In this document: positions 26,554 to 37,336 of the stretch, piece by piece
How positions within the stretch are numbered: position 1 is the first letter of the stretch
Layout of the letters: each line of letters begins with the position of its first letter
From: an uncultured Chloroflexia bacterium
Lineage (GTDB): Bacteria > Chloroflexota > Limnocylindria > Limnocylindrales > CSP1-4
Length of the DNA stretch: 64,000 nt
Assembly: GCA_963713975.1 (NCBI GenBank)
Contig: OY970218.1
Span: 352,001 to 416,000 of the forward strand
Direction: 5' to 3'
Made by a program: the position numbers and the translations under genes
Notes under the pieces: generated by a model
The model's input: only the letters and a program-made list of their open reading frames with translations
Databases searched by the model: none
Told to the model about the DNA's origin: nothing

Positions 26554-28387
26554 CGGGGGCGATGGTACGTCCCGCCGCACGGGCACGGTCGGGTTTCGCG
26601 GCCACCCAGGCCATGAGATCCGGGCGCGACCTCGTGTTGAGCACGTTCCGCGGCTCCAGCCATGCCCGGCGAGCCTGGTCCACGCCCCATCGGACGTAGT
26701 CCAGCTCGTCCGTCCGATGAGCGTCCGAATCGATGGCCAGGATGCAGCCGGCCTCGCTCGCCCGCCTCGCGCGTTCGGGAGCCAGGTCCAGGCGGTGCGG
26801 CGAACCGTTGATCTCCAGGGCCGTGCCCGTCACCGCGGCCGCCTCGAACACTGCGTCCCAGTCGAGATCCAGGTCGTCGCGGGCCTGGATCATTCTCCCC
26901 GCCGGGTGGGCGATCACGTCCACATGCGGGCTCTTGATGGCGTTGAGCGTCCTCCTGGTGAGCTCCGCGCGGGACTGGCGGCGAGCCACGTGGACGGATG
27001 CGACGACGACATCGAAGCGGGCAAGCAGGTCGTCGTCATAGTCCAGGGTGCCGTCGGCCCGGACCTCGAGCTCGCAGCCGTGGAGCAGGCGGAATCCGTC
27101 CGGGGACGCGCCCGCCGGCAGGGCGCCGGCCGACTCCTCCGCGGCGAACCGGGCGTTGAGCGCGCCGATGATCCCGCGTTGCAGCTCCACCCGCGTGCGG
27201 TCCAGGCCATGGGCGATGGCAAGGCCATGCGAGTGGTCCGTCAGGACCTGGTAGGCATAGCCACGACGGCGGGCGGCCTCGGCCATCACCTCGATGCTGT
27301 GCGCGCCGTCGCTCCACTCGGAGTGACTGTGGAGGTCGCCGCGCAGGTCGTGGAGCGCGATCAGGTCGGGCAGGCGTCCATCGCGCGCGGCATCCATCTC
27401 GCCGCCGTCCTCGCGGAGCTCGGGTGGGATCCAGGGCAGGTCCAGGAATCCGTAGACCTCCGCCTCATCGGCACAGGTCCGGAGCTCCTCCGCGTCGCCG
27501 GTGAGCGGCTGGCCGTCCGGGCCGAGACGCAGGAACCCCTTCTCGGACAGGCTCCAGCCCCGGTCGCGCGCCAGCGCCCGCAACCGGACGTTGTGGGCCG
27601 CGGACCCCGTAAAGTGCACGAGGTACGATCCGGCCCCGCCCGGCGGCATGATCATCAGGTCGACCTGCGGCCCGCGGGCGAGGACTACCGAGGCCTTTGC
27701 ACTGCCCGCCCCGAGCACCCGCTCGACGGCCCCGAGGGTCGTGAACCGCTCCACCGCCATCTCCGGCAGGTCCGTCTCGACGAGCAGGTCCAGGTCACCG
27801 ATCGTCTCCCGGCGGCGGCGCAGTGAGCCCGCCTGCACGACCCGCCGGACGCCCGGCGTGTCGGCGAGCAGCGTCGCCAGTTCGTCGGAGATCGACTGCG
27901 CGTGGTGGAGGAGCAGGCGTCGCGACCTCGACTCCAGCTGCTCGATGCCCTCGAGGATCCGCTGCTCCGTGCCGCCGGAGATGCCCTTGAGGCCACGCAG
28001 GTGCCCGGCCTGGGCCGCTCGGCGGAGGTCCTCGAGGCTCTCGATGCCGAGCTCCAGCCAGACCAGCCGGACGGTCTTGGGTCCCATGCCCGGGATGCGC
28101 AGCAGGTCCACGAGGCTGGGCGGGACCTCCTCGTGCAGGCGTTCGAGGAGCGAGATCCGGCCGGTGGTGGCCATCTCGACGATCTTGTCGCCGATCGCCT
28201 TGCCGACGCCCTGGATCGGCCGGCGGTCGCCGCGCGCGTAGACGGATGCGACGTCGAAGGGAGCACGCTCGATCGCGTCGGCCGCGCGGTGATAGGCGAT
28301 GGTCTTGAAGGGGATCTCTCCCTTGACCTCGAGGATGTCACCGATCTCGTGGAACGCCAGAGCGAGGTCGGCGTTGGATTGGGGCAT
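26546..28387 (-). CDS. polX: DNA polymerase X / PHP 3'-5' exonuclease
   Basis: GSLRRRRETIGDLDLL, HFTGS, PPELRE, DLHSHSEWSDG, TDHS, DSDAH. Confidence 0.94.
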   Translation of the reverse strand: MPQSNADLALAFHEIGDILEVKGEIPFKTIAYHRAADAIERAPFDVASVYARGDRRPIQGVGKAIGDKIVEMATTGRISLLERLHEEVPPSLVDLLRIPGMGPKTVRLVWLELGIESLEDLRRAAQAGHLRGLKGISGGTEQRILEGIEQLESRSRRLLLHHAQSISDELATLLADTPGVRRVVQAGSLRRRRETIGDLDLLVETDLPEMAVERFTTLGAVERVLGAGSAKASVVLARGPQVDLMIMPPGGAGSYLVHFTGSAAHNVRLRALARDRGWSLSEKGFLRLGPDGQPLTGDAEELRTCADEAEVYGFLDLPWIPPELREDGGEMDAARDGRLPDLIALHDLRGDLHSHSEWSDGAHSIEVMAEAARRRGYAYQVLTDHSHGLAIAHGLDRTRVELQRGIIGALNARFAAEESAGALPAGASPDGFRLLHGCELEVRADGTLDYDDDLLARFDVVVASVHVARRQSRAELTRRTLNAIKSPHVDVIAHPAGRMIQARDDLDLDWDAVFEAAAVTGTALEINGSPHRLDLAPERARRASEAGCILAIDSDAHRTDELDYVRWGVDQARRAWLEPRNVLNTRSRPDLMAWVAAKPDRARAAGRTIAPDG

Positions 28388-28407
28388 GCCCCCATGGTAG
28401 GCGGATC

Positions 28408-29853
28408 CTAGGAGGCCACCACGCGGTTGCGCCCGGCTCCCTTGGCCCGATAGAGCGCCAGGTCGGCCCGTGCGATCACCCGCTCGAGCGGCTCGTCCGG
28501 CTCCTCGCCGACCGCGACGCCGACCGAGACCGAGACCCCGGGGACACCCAGGCGACGAAGGTCCAGCTGCGACACGGCCCCACGCACACGCTCGCCGATC
28601 TCCGCGGCGACCTCCCGCGATGGGTTCCTGAGCAGCACCGCGAACTCCTCGCCCCCGTACCGCGAGGGAACGTCATCGTCGCGGACCGCCGAGGCGATGG
28701 CCTGCGCGACCTCGCGCAGGACGTGGTCACCGACCGCATGCCCGAAGGTGTCGTTGAGCCTCTTGAACCGGTCGATATCGACCATGAGCACGCCCACACG
28801 GTCCTCCGCGCGCCGACGACGGGCCAGCAGCCCGAGGTACTCGTCGAAGTAGCGACGATTGGGGAGACCCGTCAGGGCATCAGACGTCGCCCGCACCTCC
28901 GCGTCCCGCAGCGAGTAGACGCGTGCGAGCGCGGCGGATGCCTCGGCCGCCGCGGCCGCCAGGAAGCGGTGCGTGCTCTCCGGCCACTCGGTGTCCAGCC
29001 GCCGGGAGAGCACGATCGCCCCTTCGACACGTCCATCCACCCGGAGCGGAGCCGCCAGCTGGTTGCGCAGCCCGTACGTGTCGCGCAGGCGGGCCGCGAT
29101 CCGGTCCGCGATCCGCTGTCCGGCACCCTCGCGTGACGATGTGGCATGACCGGGCCGGCGCGTCCTCGGCTGCACGGCCAGCGCGACCGCGCCATTGCCC
29201 CGCGCACGATCCCCCACGGACCCCGCGCGTTCGCCGGGCCGGGCGCCGAGGCCGAGCAATACGAGCTCGGGGTCCCCGTCCGGGTCGGGCTCGATGGCCA
29301 CCGCGGTCAATCGACGGCCCCGCGCCGCCGCGATCGCCAGCTCCGCCATGGCCCGGTCGACCGCTGGATCCTCCAGCTCGCCCAGCGGCAGCGTGGTCCG
29401 GGAGGCCGGAGCGCCGGCGCGGGTCGGCGACAGGATCGCCTCGAGGTTCCGGGTCTCGGGCCGGCGGCGGACCACGGCCACGTAGTCGGCGCCGGTCCCG
29501 GCGCCCAGCTCCTCGACGATCGCAGCGACGATCGCATCGGGCGACACCGAGCGCGCCAGGCCGCGCAGGATCCGCGCGAACGACTCCGCCTCGCCGCGAC
29601 GGCTGCCCTCGGCGCCGGCCACCACGTCACGCTCGCGCACGGCAGCGAGACCCACGAGCCCCACGAGCACGATGCCCAGCAGGTCGAGCGGACCCGGGGC
29701 GAGGACGAACCGGATGACCTCGAGCATGCCCAGGACCAGGAGAGAGAGAAGGAGGGGCCGCCGGACCATGGCCCGCAGGTCGCTGCGCAGCCTATCGCCC
29801 CCGATTGACCGTCCGCGGTGTCTCACCCTGAGTCCCAAGGATGGGGGAGACAT
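28408..29853 (-). CDS. Membrane-anchored GAF-GGDEF diguanylate cyclase
   Basis: DALTGLPNRR, DIDRFK, RDDD I-site, RYGGEEF; start may be ATG 29769. Confidence 0.9.
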   Translation of the reverse strand: MSPPSLGLRVRHRGRSIGGDRLRSDLRAMVRRPLLLSLLVLGMLEVIRFVLAPGPLDLLGIVLVGLVGLAAVRERDVVAGAEGSRRGEAESFARILRGLARSVSPDAIVAAIVEELGAGTGADYVAVVRRRPETRNLEAILSPTRAGAPASRTTLPLGELEDPAVDRAMAELAIAAARGRRLTAVAIEPDPDGDPELVLLGLGARPGERAGSVGDRARGNGAVALAVQPRTRRPGHATSSREGAGQRIADRIAARLRDTYGLRNQLAAPLRVDGRVEGAIVLSRRLDTEWPESTHRFLAAAAAEASAALARVYSLRDAEVRATSDALTGLPNRRYFDEYLGLLARRRRAEDRVGVLMVDIDRFKRLNDTFGHAVGDHVLREVAQAIASAVRDDDVPSRYGGEEFAVLLRNPSREVAAEIGERVRGAVSQLDLRRLGVPGVSVSVGVAVGEEPDEPLERVIARADLALYRAKGAGRNRVVAS

Positions 29854-29917
29854 CGGCCGGCGGCAACCCGGATGGTTAGTACTGTCGGCGACCCGGTCGC
29901 GGTACTTCAGTACCGGG

Positions 29918-31795
29918 TCAGTGCTCCCCGGACCTCACCTGAGCCTCCACCATCGCCCCGGCAGCCGGCCGCTCATGGCGGCCTGCGCGCGGGCCGTGGC
30001 CGTCCGGCCTGGATGGCCCGGCGTCGCCGGCAGCGTCACCCGCGGACCGGGCGCGATTGCCTCCGTCGTGCTTGGCGTCGTAGAGGCGTACGTCCGCGAT
30101 CGCGATCAGCTCGGTGGCCGACCGCCCGTGCTCCGGATGTGTGGCGATGCCGATCGAGGCGCCGATGGGGATCGGCTGCCGGCCGTCGGCCGCGAACGGA
30201 GAGCGCCGGAAGGCCTCGAGGATCCGGTCCGCCACCACCGCGGCCGCCTCGTCCGCGGTCTCCGGCAGGATGAGGGCGAACTCGTCCCCGCCATAGCGGG
30301 CTGCGACGTCCGAGCCGCGCAGCACGGATCGGATGAGCCCTGCGACGTGGACCAGGACCCGGTCTCCGTACAGGTGCCCGAACGAGTCGTTGACGAGCTT
30401 GAAGTCGTCGAGGTCGAGCATCACCACGCTCAGCGGACGCCGGGTCCGGACAGCGCGGACAACCTCCTCGGCCAGCCGCTCGCGCAGGTACCGGTGGTTG
30501 TAGAAGCCCGTCAGCGGGTCGCGATCCGCCAGGTCCCGGGCGGTCTCGTAGAGGCGCGCATTCTCGAGTGCCATGCCCGCCTCATGGGCCATGGTGCGGA
30601 CCAGGGTGATCAGGCCCGAGTCCGTGACTGGCGGACCCTTGAACGTCAGCTCGACGATGCCGATGCCGGCGTCCTTGGCGACCAGCGGCAGCATGACCAG
30701 GCCCCGCACGCCGTCGTGATGCAACAGGGCGACCTCCGCCGGGTCCGCGTCCGGGTCCTCCACGTCGACGATGGCAATCACCCGTTCCTCCAGGACGCGG
30801 CGGGTCAGCGGATAGCCCTCCAGCTCGTAGTAGTCATCGAGATCCAGTCGCCGCCGCGCCGGGTGGCAGCCCAGCGTGCGCAGCCGATCGCCGGGCACAT
30901 CCCAGTCGCTGATCTGGACCTCCTCCGCGCCGACCGCCCGCGCGAGATGCTCGGCCATCAGGTCGGCCACGGCAACGGGGTCGAGCGAGCGAGAGAGCGC
31001 GCTGCTCATGTCCAGCAGCTGTCGCAGCTCCTCCGCGAGACGCCGGGTCTCGGCCAGGTGGCGGGCGCCCGTGAAGGCGGTCGCCGCCTGGTCCGCCAGG
31101 ATCAGCAGCAGGCGCAGGTCGTCGTCGTCGAACTGGCGCAGGCCCAGCTTCGAGAGCGCGATGACGCCGACCAGCGCTCCGTCGTGGAGCATCGGCACGA
31201 CCAGCATCGACTCCACCACGTCGTCCGTGCCGGGGATCGTCATGCCCCTCGGGTCCGCCTGGGCGTCGTCCACCCGGATCGCGGCGCGGTGCTCGCCGAC
31301 CCACCCGGTGAATCCCTCGCCGAGCCTGGTCCGCAGGATGTCCAGGTCCACCTGCTCGTAGGCGCCCACCCGCCCCTCGAAGGCCACGGGCACCAGCAGG
31401 TTCGGGGGTTCCAGCAGGTACACCCGGGCGTTGTGGTAGTCGATGATCCGTCCCGTCTCCTCCACGACGGCGCGCCCGACATCCTCGTTGGTCATGCTCG
31501 CGCTCATCCGGTGGGCGGCCTGCTGGAGAACCCCCAGCTGGGCGGTCCGGCGGGCCTCGACGGCGCGTGCACGGCCCACCAGCGCGCCCGTGATCAGGAC
31601 GGTCCCGCCGATCGTGAGGTCCAGGACGAGGATCAGGTCCTCGAGCGAGGCCGGTCCTCCGTGCGCAATCCAGCCCGCCACGCCGAGGGAGAGGATGACG
31701 AGCCCACCGCCGAGCGCGAGCAGGTGCAGACGGGCCGACCCGGCGCGGGTGCGTGGGCGGACGTTGCGGCGGGGAACGGCGGACACGCTTGGCAC
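29918..31795 (-). CDS. Membrane-anchored GAF-GAF-GGDEF diguanylate cyclase
   Basis: Two TM, two GAF domains, DPLTGFYNHR, RGSD I-site, RYGGDEF. Confidence 0.92.
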   Translation of the reverse strand: MPSVSAVPRRNVRPRTRAGSARLHLLALGGGLVILSLGVAGWIAHGGPASLEDLILVLDLTIGGTVLITGALVGRARAVEARRTAQLGVLQQAAHRMSASMTNEDVGRAVVEETGRIIDYHNARVYLLEPPNLLVPVAFEGRVGAYEQVDLDILRTRLGEGFTGWVGEHRAAIRVDDAQADPRGMTIPGTDDVVESMLVVPMLHDGALVGVIALSKLGLRQFDDDDLRLLLILADQAATAFTGARHLAETRRLAEELRQLLDMSSALSRSLDPVAVADLMAEHLARAVGAEEVQISDWDVPGDRLRTLGCHPARRRLDLDDYYELEGYPLTRRVLEERVIAIVDVEDPDADPAEVALLHHDGVRGLVMLPLVAKDAGIGIVELTFKGPPVTDSGLITLVRTMAHEAGMALENARLYETARDLADRDPLTGFYNHRYLRERLAEEVVRAVRTRRPLSVVMLDLDDFKLVNDSFGHLYGDRVLVHVAGLIRSVLRGSDVAARYGGDEFALILPETADEAAAVVADRILEAFRRSPFAADGRQPIPIGASIGIATHPEHGRSATELIAIADVRLYDAKHDGGNRARSAGDAAGDAGPSRPDGHGPRAGRHERPAAGAMVEAQVRSGEH

Positions 31796-31912
31796 GGTTC
31801 CGATAGTGGCAGCCGTGCGTGCTCGGGGGCACCATCCGAAGGTACCGGCGAGGTTGGGCGGACGGCGGGCTCAGCCGGGGGCGGCGCGTGGCGGCCCGGA
31901 CGGCCCCGGCGG

Positions 31913-33217
31913 TCAGGTCGCGGTGGACCACCCCGCGCCAAGCCGGAGGACCTGGCGGTCCCGGACGACGCGATCCCGTGAGGTGTTGACGGTGTCCACG
32001 ACCAGGTCGGCTGAGGCGTACAGGTGATCCCAGTCCACCTTCCGGTGGCCCGTGACCACGACGAAGACGTCGGCCCAGTGGATGAGCGCGTCCAGACCGA
32101 CGCCCTGATGCTCACGTCCGGACTCGTCCGAGAAGCGCTGGATGTACGGGTCGTGGTAGCGGACCTCTGCACCGCGCTCCACCAGACCCGCGAGGACGGC
32201 AGCAGCCGGTGAGTTTCGACCGTCCTGGACGTCCGGCTTGAACGCGACGCCGATGACGCCGACGCGCGAGCCGTTGAGCGCCTTGGAGCGTGCGTTGAGC
32301 GCCTCTGCGGTCAGCTCCACGACATGGCGCGGCATCCCGAAGTTGATGTCGCCGGCTGCCTCGATGAACCGGTCGGTGACATCGAACGCCCGGGCACGCC
32401 AGGACAGGTAGTAGGGATCCACCGGGATGCAGTGGCCGCCGACCCCGGGTCCCGGCGTGAAGCGCATGAAGCCAAACGGCTTGGTGGCTGCGGCGTCGAT
32501 GACCTCCCAGACGTCGAGGCCCATCCGCTCGCACAGCAGCGCAAGCTGGTTCACAAAGGCGATGTTGACGTTGCGGAACGTGTTCTCGAGCAGCTTCGCC
32601 ATCTCGGCGGCATCGGGCGACGACAGCTCCACCACCCGGTCGTTGACACGTGCCAGCAGCGCCGCGGCCCGGGCCGTCGCGGCCGGCGTGATCCCGCCCA
32701 CCAGACGGGGCACGTCCCGGGCGGCGCTGGCAGGATCGCCTGGGTTGATGCGTTCCGGGGCGAACGCGAGGTCGAAGTCCGTTCCGGCACGAAGGCCCGA
32801 GCGCTCCAGCACCTCGCGGAACGGACCGGTTGTCGTACCCGGGAACGTGGTGCTCTGGAGGACGATGAGCTGGCCGGCATGGAGGTCCGCGGTGACACGC
32901 TCTGCCGCGGCCAGGACGGGCCCGAGATCGGGATCCTTGGTCGAGGTGATGGGCGTGGGCACGCAGACGAAGACGGCATCGGACGCGGCGAGATCCGCCT
33001 CGCCCGTGTGCGCGACGCTGAACCCGCCGCCCAGGGCGGCCGCCAGCCGTGCGTCAGAGATGTCGTCGATCGGTGAGCGGCCGGCGGCGAGCTCGGCCAC
33101 CCGGGACGACGAGGCATCGACGCCCTGGACCTGGAGACCCGCCTCGACGAATGCAATCGCGAGGGGAAGGCCCACGTACCCGAGACCGATGACGGACAGG
33201 CGGTGATCTTGCGTCAT
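31913..33217 (-). CDS. Nucleotide-sugar dehydrogenase (UDP-GlcNAc/ManNAc 6-dehydrogenase type)
   Basis: GLGYVGLP, CVPTP, PERINPG, KLLENTFR, GGHCIPVDP. Confidence 0.93.
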   Translation of the reverse strand: MTQDHRLSVIGLGYVGLPLAIAFVEAGLQVQGVDASSSRVAELAAGRSPIDDISDARLAAALGGGFSVAHTGEADLAASDAVFVCVPTPITSTKDPDLGPVLAAAERVTADLHAGQLIVLQSTTFPGTTTGPFREVLERSGLRAGTDFDLAFAPERINPGDPASAARDVPRLVGGITPAATARAAALLARVNDRVVELSSPDAAEMAKLLENTFRNVNIAFVNQLALLCERMGLDVWEVIDAAATKPFGFMRFTPGPGVGGHCIPVDPYYLSWRARAFDVTDRFIEAAGDINFGMPRHVVELTAEALNARSKALNGSRVGVIGVAFKPDVQDGRNSPAAAVLAGLVERGAEVRYHDPYIQRFSDESGREHQGVGLDALIHWADVFVVVTGHRKVDWDHLYASADLVVDTVNTSRDRVVRDRQVLRLGAGWSTAT

Positions 33218-33391
33218 GCACAGAGAATACGGAACTCGCCGCGGTTGCGTGTCCATCCGTCCGGATGCTGCCGGCGCCCGGTGCGCGCACCTGGGCATTC
33301 CTCGCGGCCCGGTACGCCGTCGCCGGCCGAGGCGGCGGGGCGCCGCGTCAACTATCCTCAGGTCATCCCACCCGCTGAGCCCAGCAACCTC

Positions 33392-34489
33392 ATGCCCCAG
33401 TCACCCAGGCCGGTCGTCCATATCGTTGGCGCCCGTCCCAACTTCATGAAGGCCGCACCGGTGGTCTCCGCGCTCCGGCGCGCGGGAGTGTCGCAGGCCG
33501 TCGTCCACACCGGCCAGCACTACGATCCGCTCCTGTCCGACGTGTTCTTCGCCGACCTCGGGCTGCCGGAGCCGGCCATCAACCTCGGGGTCGGCTCGGG
33601 CAGTCACGCGGAGCAGACCGCCGCGCTCATGGTGGGCCTCGAGCGCGCTCTCATCGACCTCGATCCCCGGCTGGTCATCGTCTACGGCGATGTCAATTCC
33701 ACGGTCGCGGCCGCGCTCGTCGCGGCCAAGCTGCTGATTCCGGTCGCGCATGTCGAGGCCGGCCTACGAAGCTTCGACAACACCATGCCCGAGGAGATCA
33801 ATCGCCGGGTCACGGACCTGCTGTCGGACCTCCTGTTCGTCACCAGCCCCGAGGCCGTCGACAACCTGGTGGCGATGGGCGTGCCCGGGCCAGCGATCCA
33901 CTTCGTCGGCAATCCGATGATCGACACCCTGCTCGCCAACCTGGGCCGGCTGGATCCAGTGCCGGTGCTTGCGAAGCTGGGGCTCGCTGCTCCCTATGGG
34001 GTGGCCACCATCCACCGGCCGGGCAACGTTGACGACCCCACGCAGGCGCGACGGATGGTGGACATGCTGCGCCACGTCGCGGAGCACGTGCCGCTCGTCA
34101 TCCCGCTCCATCCCCGCGGCAGACCACTGCTCGAGGCGGCCGGCCTCCACTCCGATGATCGGCTTCGGATCATCGAGCCCATGGGCTACGTGGAGTTCCT
34201 CTCGCTGGTCCGCGGGGCAGCATTCGTCGTGACCGATTCGGGTGGCATCCAGGAAGAGACGACCGTGCTCGGCGTCCCCTGTCTCACGGTCCGCCCGAAC
34301 ACGGAGCGTCCCGTCACCCTCACCCTCGGCACCAACCGGCTCGTGGAACCGGAGGAGGTGGGGCCCGCCGTGGTCGAGATGCTGATTGCCGGACCGGACT
34401 CCGAGCCACGGTCCATCCCGCGGCTGTGGGACGGCCATTCGGGCGATCGCATTGCAGGCATCGTCGTGGCGTGGCTGGAAAACCCGTAA
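33392..34489 (+). CDS. wecB: UDP-N-acetylglucosamine 2-epimerase (non-hydrolysing)
   Basis: GARPNFMK, HTGQHY, HVEAGLRS, TDSGGIQEE. Confidence 0.94.
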   Translation: MPQSPRPVVHIVGARPNFMKAAPVVSALRRAGVSQAVVHTGQHYDPLLSDVFFADLGLPEPAINLGVGSGSHAEQTAALMVGLERALIDLDPRLVIVYGDVNSTVAAALVAAKLLIPVAHVEAGLRSFDNTMPEEINRRVTDLLSDLLFVTSPEAVDNLVAMGVPGPAIHFVGNPMIDTLLANLGRLDPVPVLAKLGLAAPYGVATIHRPGNVDDPTQARRMVDMLRHVAEHVPLVIPLHPRGRPLLEAAGLHSDDRLRIIEPMGYVEFLSLVRGAAFVVTDSGGIQEETTVLGVPCLTVRPNTERPVTLTLGTNRLVEPEEVGPAVVEMLIAGPDSEPRSIPRLWDGHSGDRIAGIVVAWLENP

Positions 34490-34614
34490 CCGCGCGGACC
34501 GCGTAACCGAAGGCGCGATCCGCGCCCAGCGCGGGGTTGCACTGATCTGCCGGGGGGCGATCGAACGGGCGGGCGGCGTCCCGGATCCCGGTCAGGGTCG
34601 CGGGGGGTCGCCGA

Positions 34615-36366
34615 TCACCAGCGTGCGCCGATCGGTGTCCGGTGCGGACCAGCCGTGTACTCGCGCGATGCGCGCGAGATCCGCAGGAACCCGGCGTCGC
34701 CCGCCGTCCGGGACAGGTACTTCGGCGCCCACTTGTTGAGGGCCGCGGTCCCGACATGGCCGCGGATCGCTCCCGCCTTGTTGCCGGCGATCCCGACATG
34801 GGAGAGGACGCCACGGCTCGCGCCTCGTGCGTCGATCCCGTAGCCGGCATTGTGGGTGATGAGACTGCGCTGGATCAGCACCTTGGCGGTCGTGCCGCCC
34901 GAGAGGCCGACTCGCACCCCGTCACCGTTGTTGTGGTAGACGGTGTCGAATCGCAGCACCTTGTTCGTTGAGCCCCGGTCGACCCGAACGCCGATGCCGT
35001 TGCCCCAGATCAGGTCGTGGATCGACTTCACCTCGCCGTTCCCGTTGCCATACATCCCGTCATAGAAGTAGATCCCATAGCGGCTGTTTGCCGAGATCGC
35101 GTTCCACTTCAGGACATTGCCCTGGAGCGACAGCCTGCCCTTGCCCTCCTGGGTGACATGGATCCCCACCAGGTTGCGGTAGATCCGGTTGCCCGAGATC
35201 GTGTTCGACCGCGCCCCGTTGGCGATCGTCATCCCGGACGTGTTCGCGTACGGACTGCCCGTCGGGTTCGAGGTGTTGTCGTGGAGGTTGTTGCGGCAGA
35301 CGGTGTTGTTGCGCGTCACCAGGAGGTTGGCCATCCCCGATGGGGCGCCCTGGAGCTTGATCCCGGCGAGCCCGCTCCCGCTGATGTCGTTGTCGCAGAA
35401 GGTCGAGGACTGGGTGCCCCGGTCGATCTTGATGCCCTGCAGCGTGTTGGCGACGAAGACATTGCGGCTCACGGTGTTCCCGGTGGCGGGGTCCCGCGCG
35501 CTGCCGGAGTCGTTGCCCGAGACCTGGATGCCCATGTACAGGTTCCCGACCAGGAGGTTGTCTGCGGCGACCGCGGCATCGACGCCCGCCTTGAAGGCAA
35601 TCCCGTTGGCCGCATGACGAACCTCGAAGCCACGGACCTCGACGCGCGACGTGCCCTGGTCTCCCTTGAAGTAGAACGCGTTCCTGGTGACGACATCGAA
35701 GGCGTGCCCGTGCGGCTCCGTCGCTGCTGTGCCCAAGGGCGCGGCATACAGCCATCCCGAGCTGTAGAAGTACCCGCCCGTCCCGTCCTGCGCCGCGGAA
35801 GCGAGCTCGGCGAGGCTGTCCCGCTCCCAGAGCCACCTTGTCTCATCCTGGAAGACCACGGTGTCGAGGCCGCGGCCGAAGTCGAACGGCGCCGTCACCC
35901 ACTCGGTGCGCCAGACGCCGCTCGTGCCGGCCGGCTCCCACTCGAAGCCCGCCGCGGGCGCCGGATCCGCGCCGGACACGATCGGCTTCACGTAGCCGGT
36001 ACCCCCGGCAACATAGCCGGCCGCTGCGAACACGATCGGCGACCCGACCGCACCGGCCCGGTTCCAGCCCGGACTGATCGGCCGTTCCCGGTACACGTAG
36101 TCGGAGTAGCCGTGCACGATCACGCGGCTGCCTGCCGCAGCGCTCCCGAGCGGGATCGCATCCGCGGCGCGGTGGATCGTACGGAAGGCGTTCGAGGGCG
36201 TTCGCCCGTCGTTCGCATCGCTGCCGGCCTTGCCGTCGACGTACCACGTTGAACCAGCCGCGGCCACCGGCGTCGGAATCGCCAGGAAGGCGAGCATCGC
36301 GACGGACGCCAGCAGGCGACGGACGTTGGACCGGGGCTGGAGCCCGGGCAGGTGCAGACAGGCCAT
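34615..36366 (-). CDS. Secreted right-handed parallel beta-helix protein
   Basis: Signal peptide ending AIPTPVAA; TWYVDG..DANDG..AFRTI N-terminus; Asn/Gly-rich PbH repeats; exact start uncertain. Confidence 0.82.
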   Translation of the reverse strand: MACLHLPGLQPRSNVRRLLASVAMLAFLAIPTPVAAAGSTWYVDGKAGSDANDGRTPSNAFRTIHRAADAIPLGSAAAGSRVIVHGYSDYVYRERPISPGWNRAGAVGSPIVFAAAGYVAGGTGYVKPIVSGADPAPAAGFEWEPAGTSGVWRTEWVTAPFDFGRGLDTVVFQDETRWLWERDSLAELASAAQDGTGGYFYSSGWLYAAPLGTAATEPHGHAFDVVTRNAFYFKGDQGTSRVEVRGFEVRHAANGIAFKAGVDAAVAADNLLVGNLYMGIQVSGNDSGSARDPATGNTVSRNVFVANTLQGIKIDRGTQSSTFCDNDISGSGLAGIKLQGAPSGMANLLVTRNNTVCRNNLHDNTSNPTGSPYANTSGMTIANGARSNTISGNRIYRNLVGIHVTQEGKGRLSLQGNVLKWNAISANSRYGIYFYDGMYGNGNGEVKSIHDLIWGNGIGVRVDRGSTNKVLRFDTVYHNNGDGVRVGLSGGTTAKVLIQRSLITHNAGYGIDARGASRGVLSHVGIAGNKAGAIRGHVGTAALNKWAPKYLSRTAGDAGFLRISRASREYTAGPHRTPIGARW

Positions 36367-36511
36367 CAGGCGCCATGGTCCGTGCTGCCGGCCCGGCGCG
36401 CAACAGCACGATAGTCCCGTGCGCCCGTGGGTTTGGCGCCCAGTGACGGCGCCGTTCGAGCTCATGGCAGAGTTAGCGGGGGTCCGCCCCACCGCAGGTA
36501 GACTGGAACTC

Positions 36512-37285
36512 ATGACGGACGTCGTGCCTGCGTGGAGCCTCGTCGAGGCACGCCGCATCCGACTGCTCGGCATGCCGATCGATGATCTAACGATGGACGA
36601 GACGCTGGGTGTCATCGACCAGTTCATCGCCACCCGCCGAGTCCACCAGCATGTCGTCGTCAACGTGGCGAAGGTCGTGCAGGCCGATAGGGATCCGGGA
36701 CTTCGGGCGATCATCGAGGCGTGTGACCTCGTGAACGTGGACGGACAGCCGATCATCTGGGCAGCGCGCTGGCTCGGCAGCCCACTGCGGGACCGGGTGG
36801 CAGGCATCGACCTCATGTTCCGCCTCATCGAGCGCGCCGCCGACCGCGGCCATCGGATCTACCTTCTCGGGGCGCGTGACCGTGTGGTGCGCGGCGTCGT
36901 CGCGCGCATCGACCTCGAGTACCCGGAGGCTCTCGTCGCAGGCTGGCACGACGGGTACTGGTCGCCGGAGGATGAGCCCGAGCTGGTGCGTCGGATTGCA
37001 GAGACGCGCCCTGACATCCTGTTCGTGGCCCTGCCGTCACCGCGGAAGGAGCAGTTCCTGGCCCGCTGGAAGGACCTCATCGGGGCGCCATTCGTGATGG
37101 GCGTCGGTGGGTCTTTCGACGTGTATGCGGGAGTCACCCGGCGCGCTCCACGCTGGATGCAGCGAGCCGGATTGGAGTGGTTCTTCCGGGTCGCGCAGGA
37201 ACCGCGCAGGATGTGGCGCCGCTACGCCGGCGATGCCCCACGATTTGCCCGACTCGTCATCCGCGCGAAGCTCGGACGGCGATGA
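36512..37285 (+). CDS. WecB/TagA/CpsF-family glycosyltransferase
   Basis: VNVAK, DGQP..RVAGIDL, PRKEQF, GVGGSFDV..RAPRW..GLEW. Confidence 0.93.
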   Translation: MTDVVPAWSLVEARRIRLLGMPIDDLTMDETLGVIDQFIATRRVHQHVVVNVAKVVQADRDPGLRAIIEACDLVNVDGQPIIWAARWLGSPLRDRVAGIDLMFRLIERAADRGHRIYLLGARDRVVRGVVARIDLEYPEALVAGWHDGYWSPEDEPELVRRIAETRPDILFVALPSPRKEQFLARWKDLIGAPFVMGVGGSFDVYAGVTRRAPRWMQRAGLEWFFRVAQEPRRMWRRYAGDAPRFARLVIRAKLGRR

Positions 37286-37336
37286 CCTCCCTCGCTACCC
37301 GCCGCGAGCGCGACCACGGGCAGGCCGCTGATCGGC

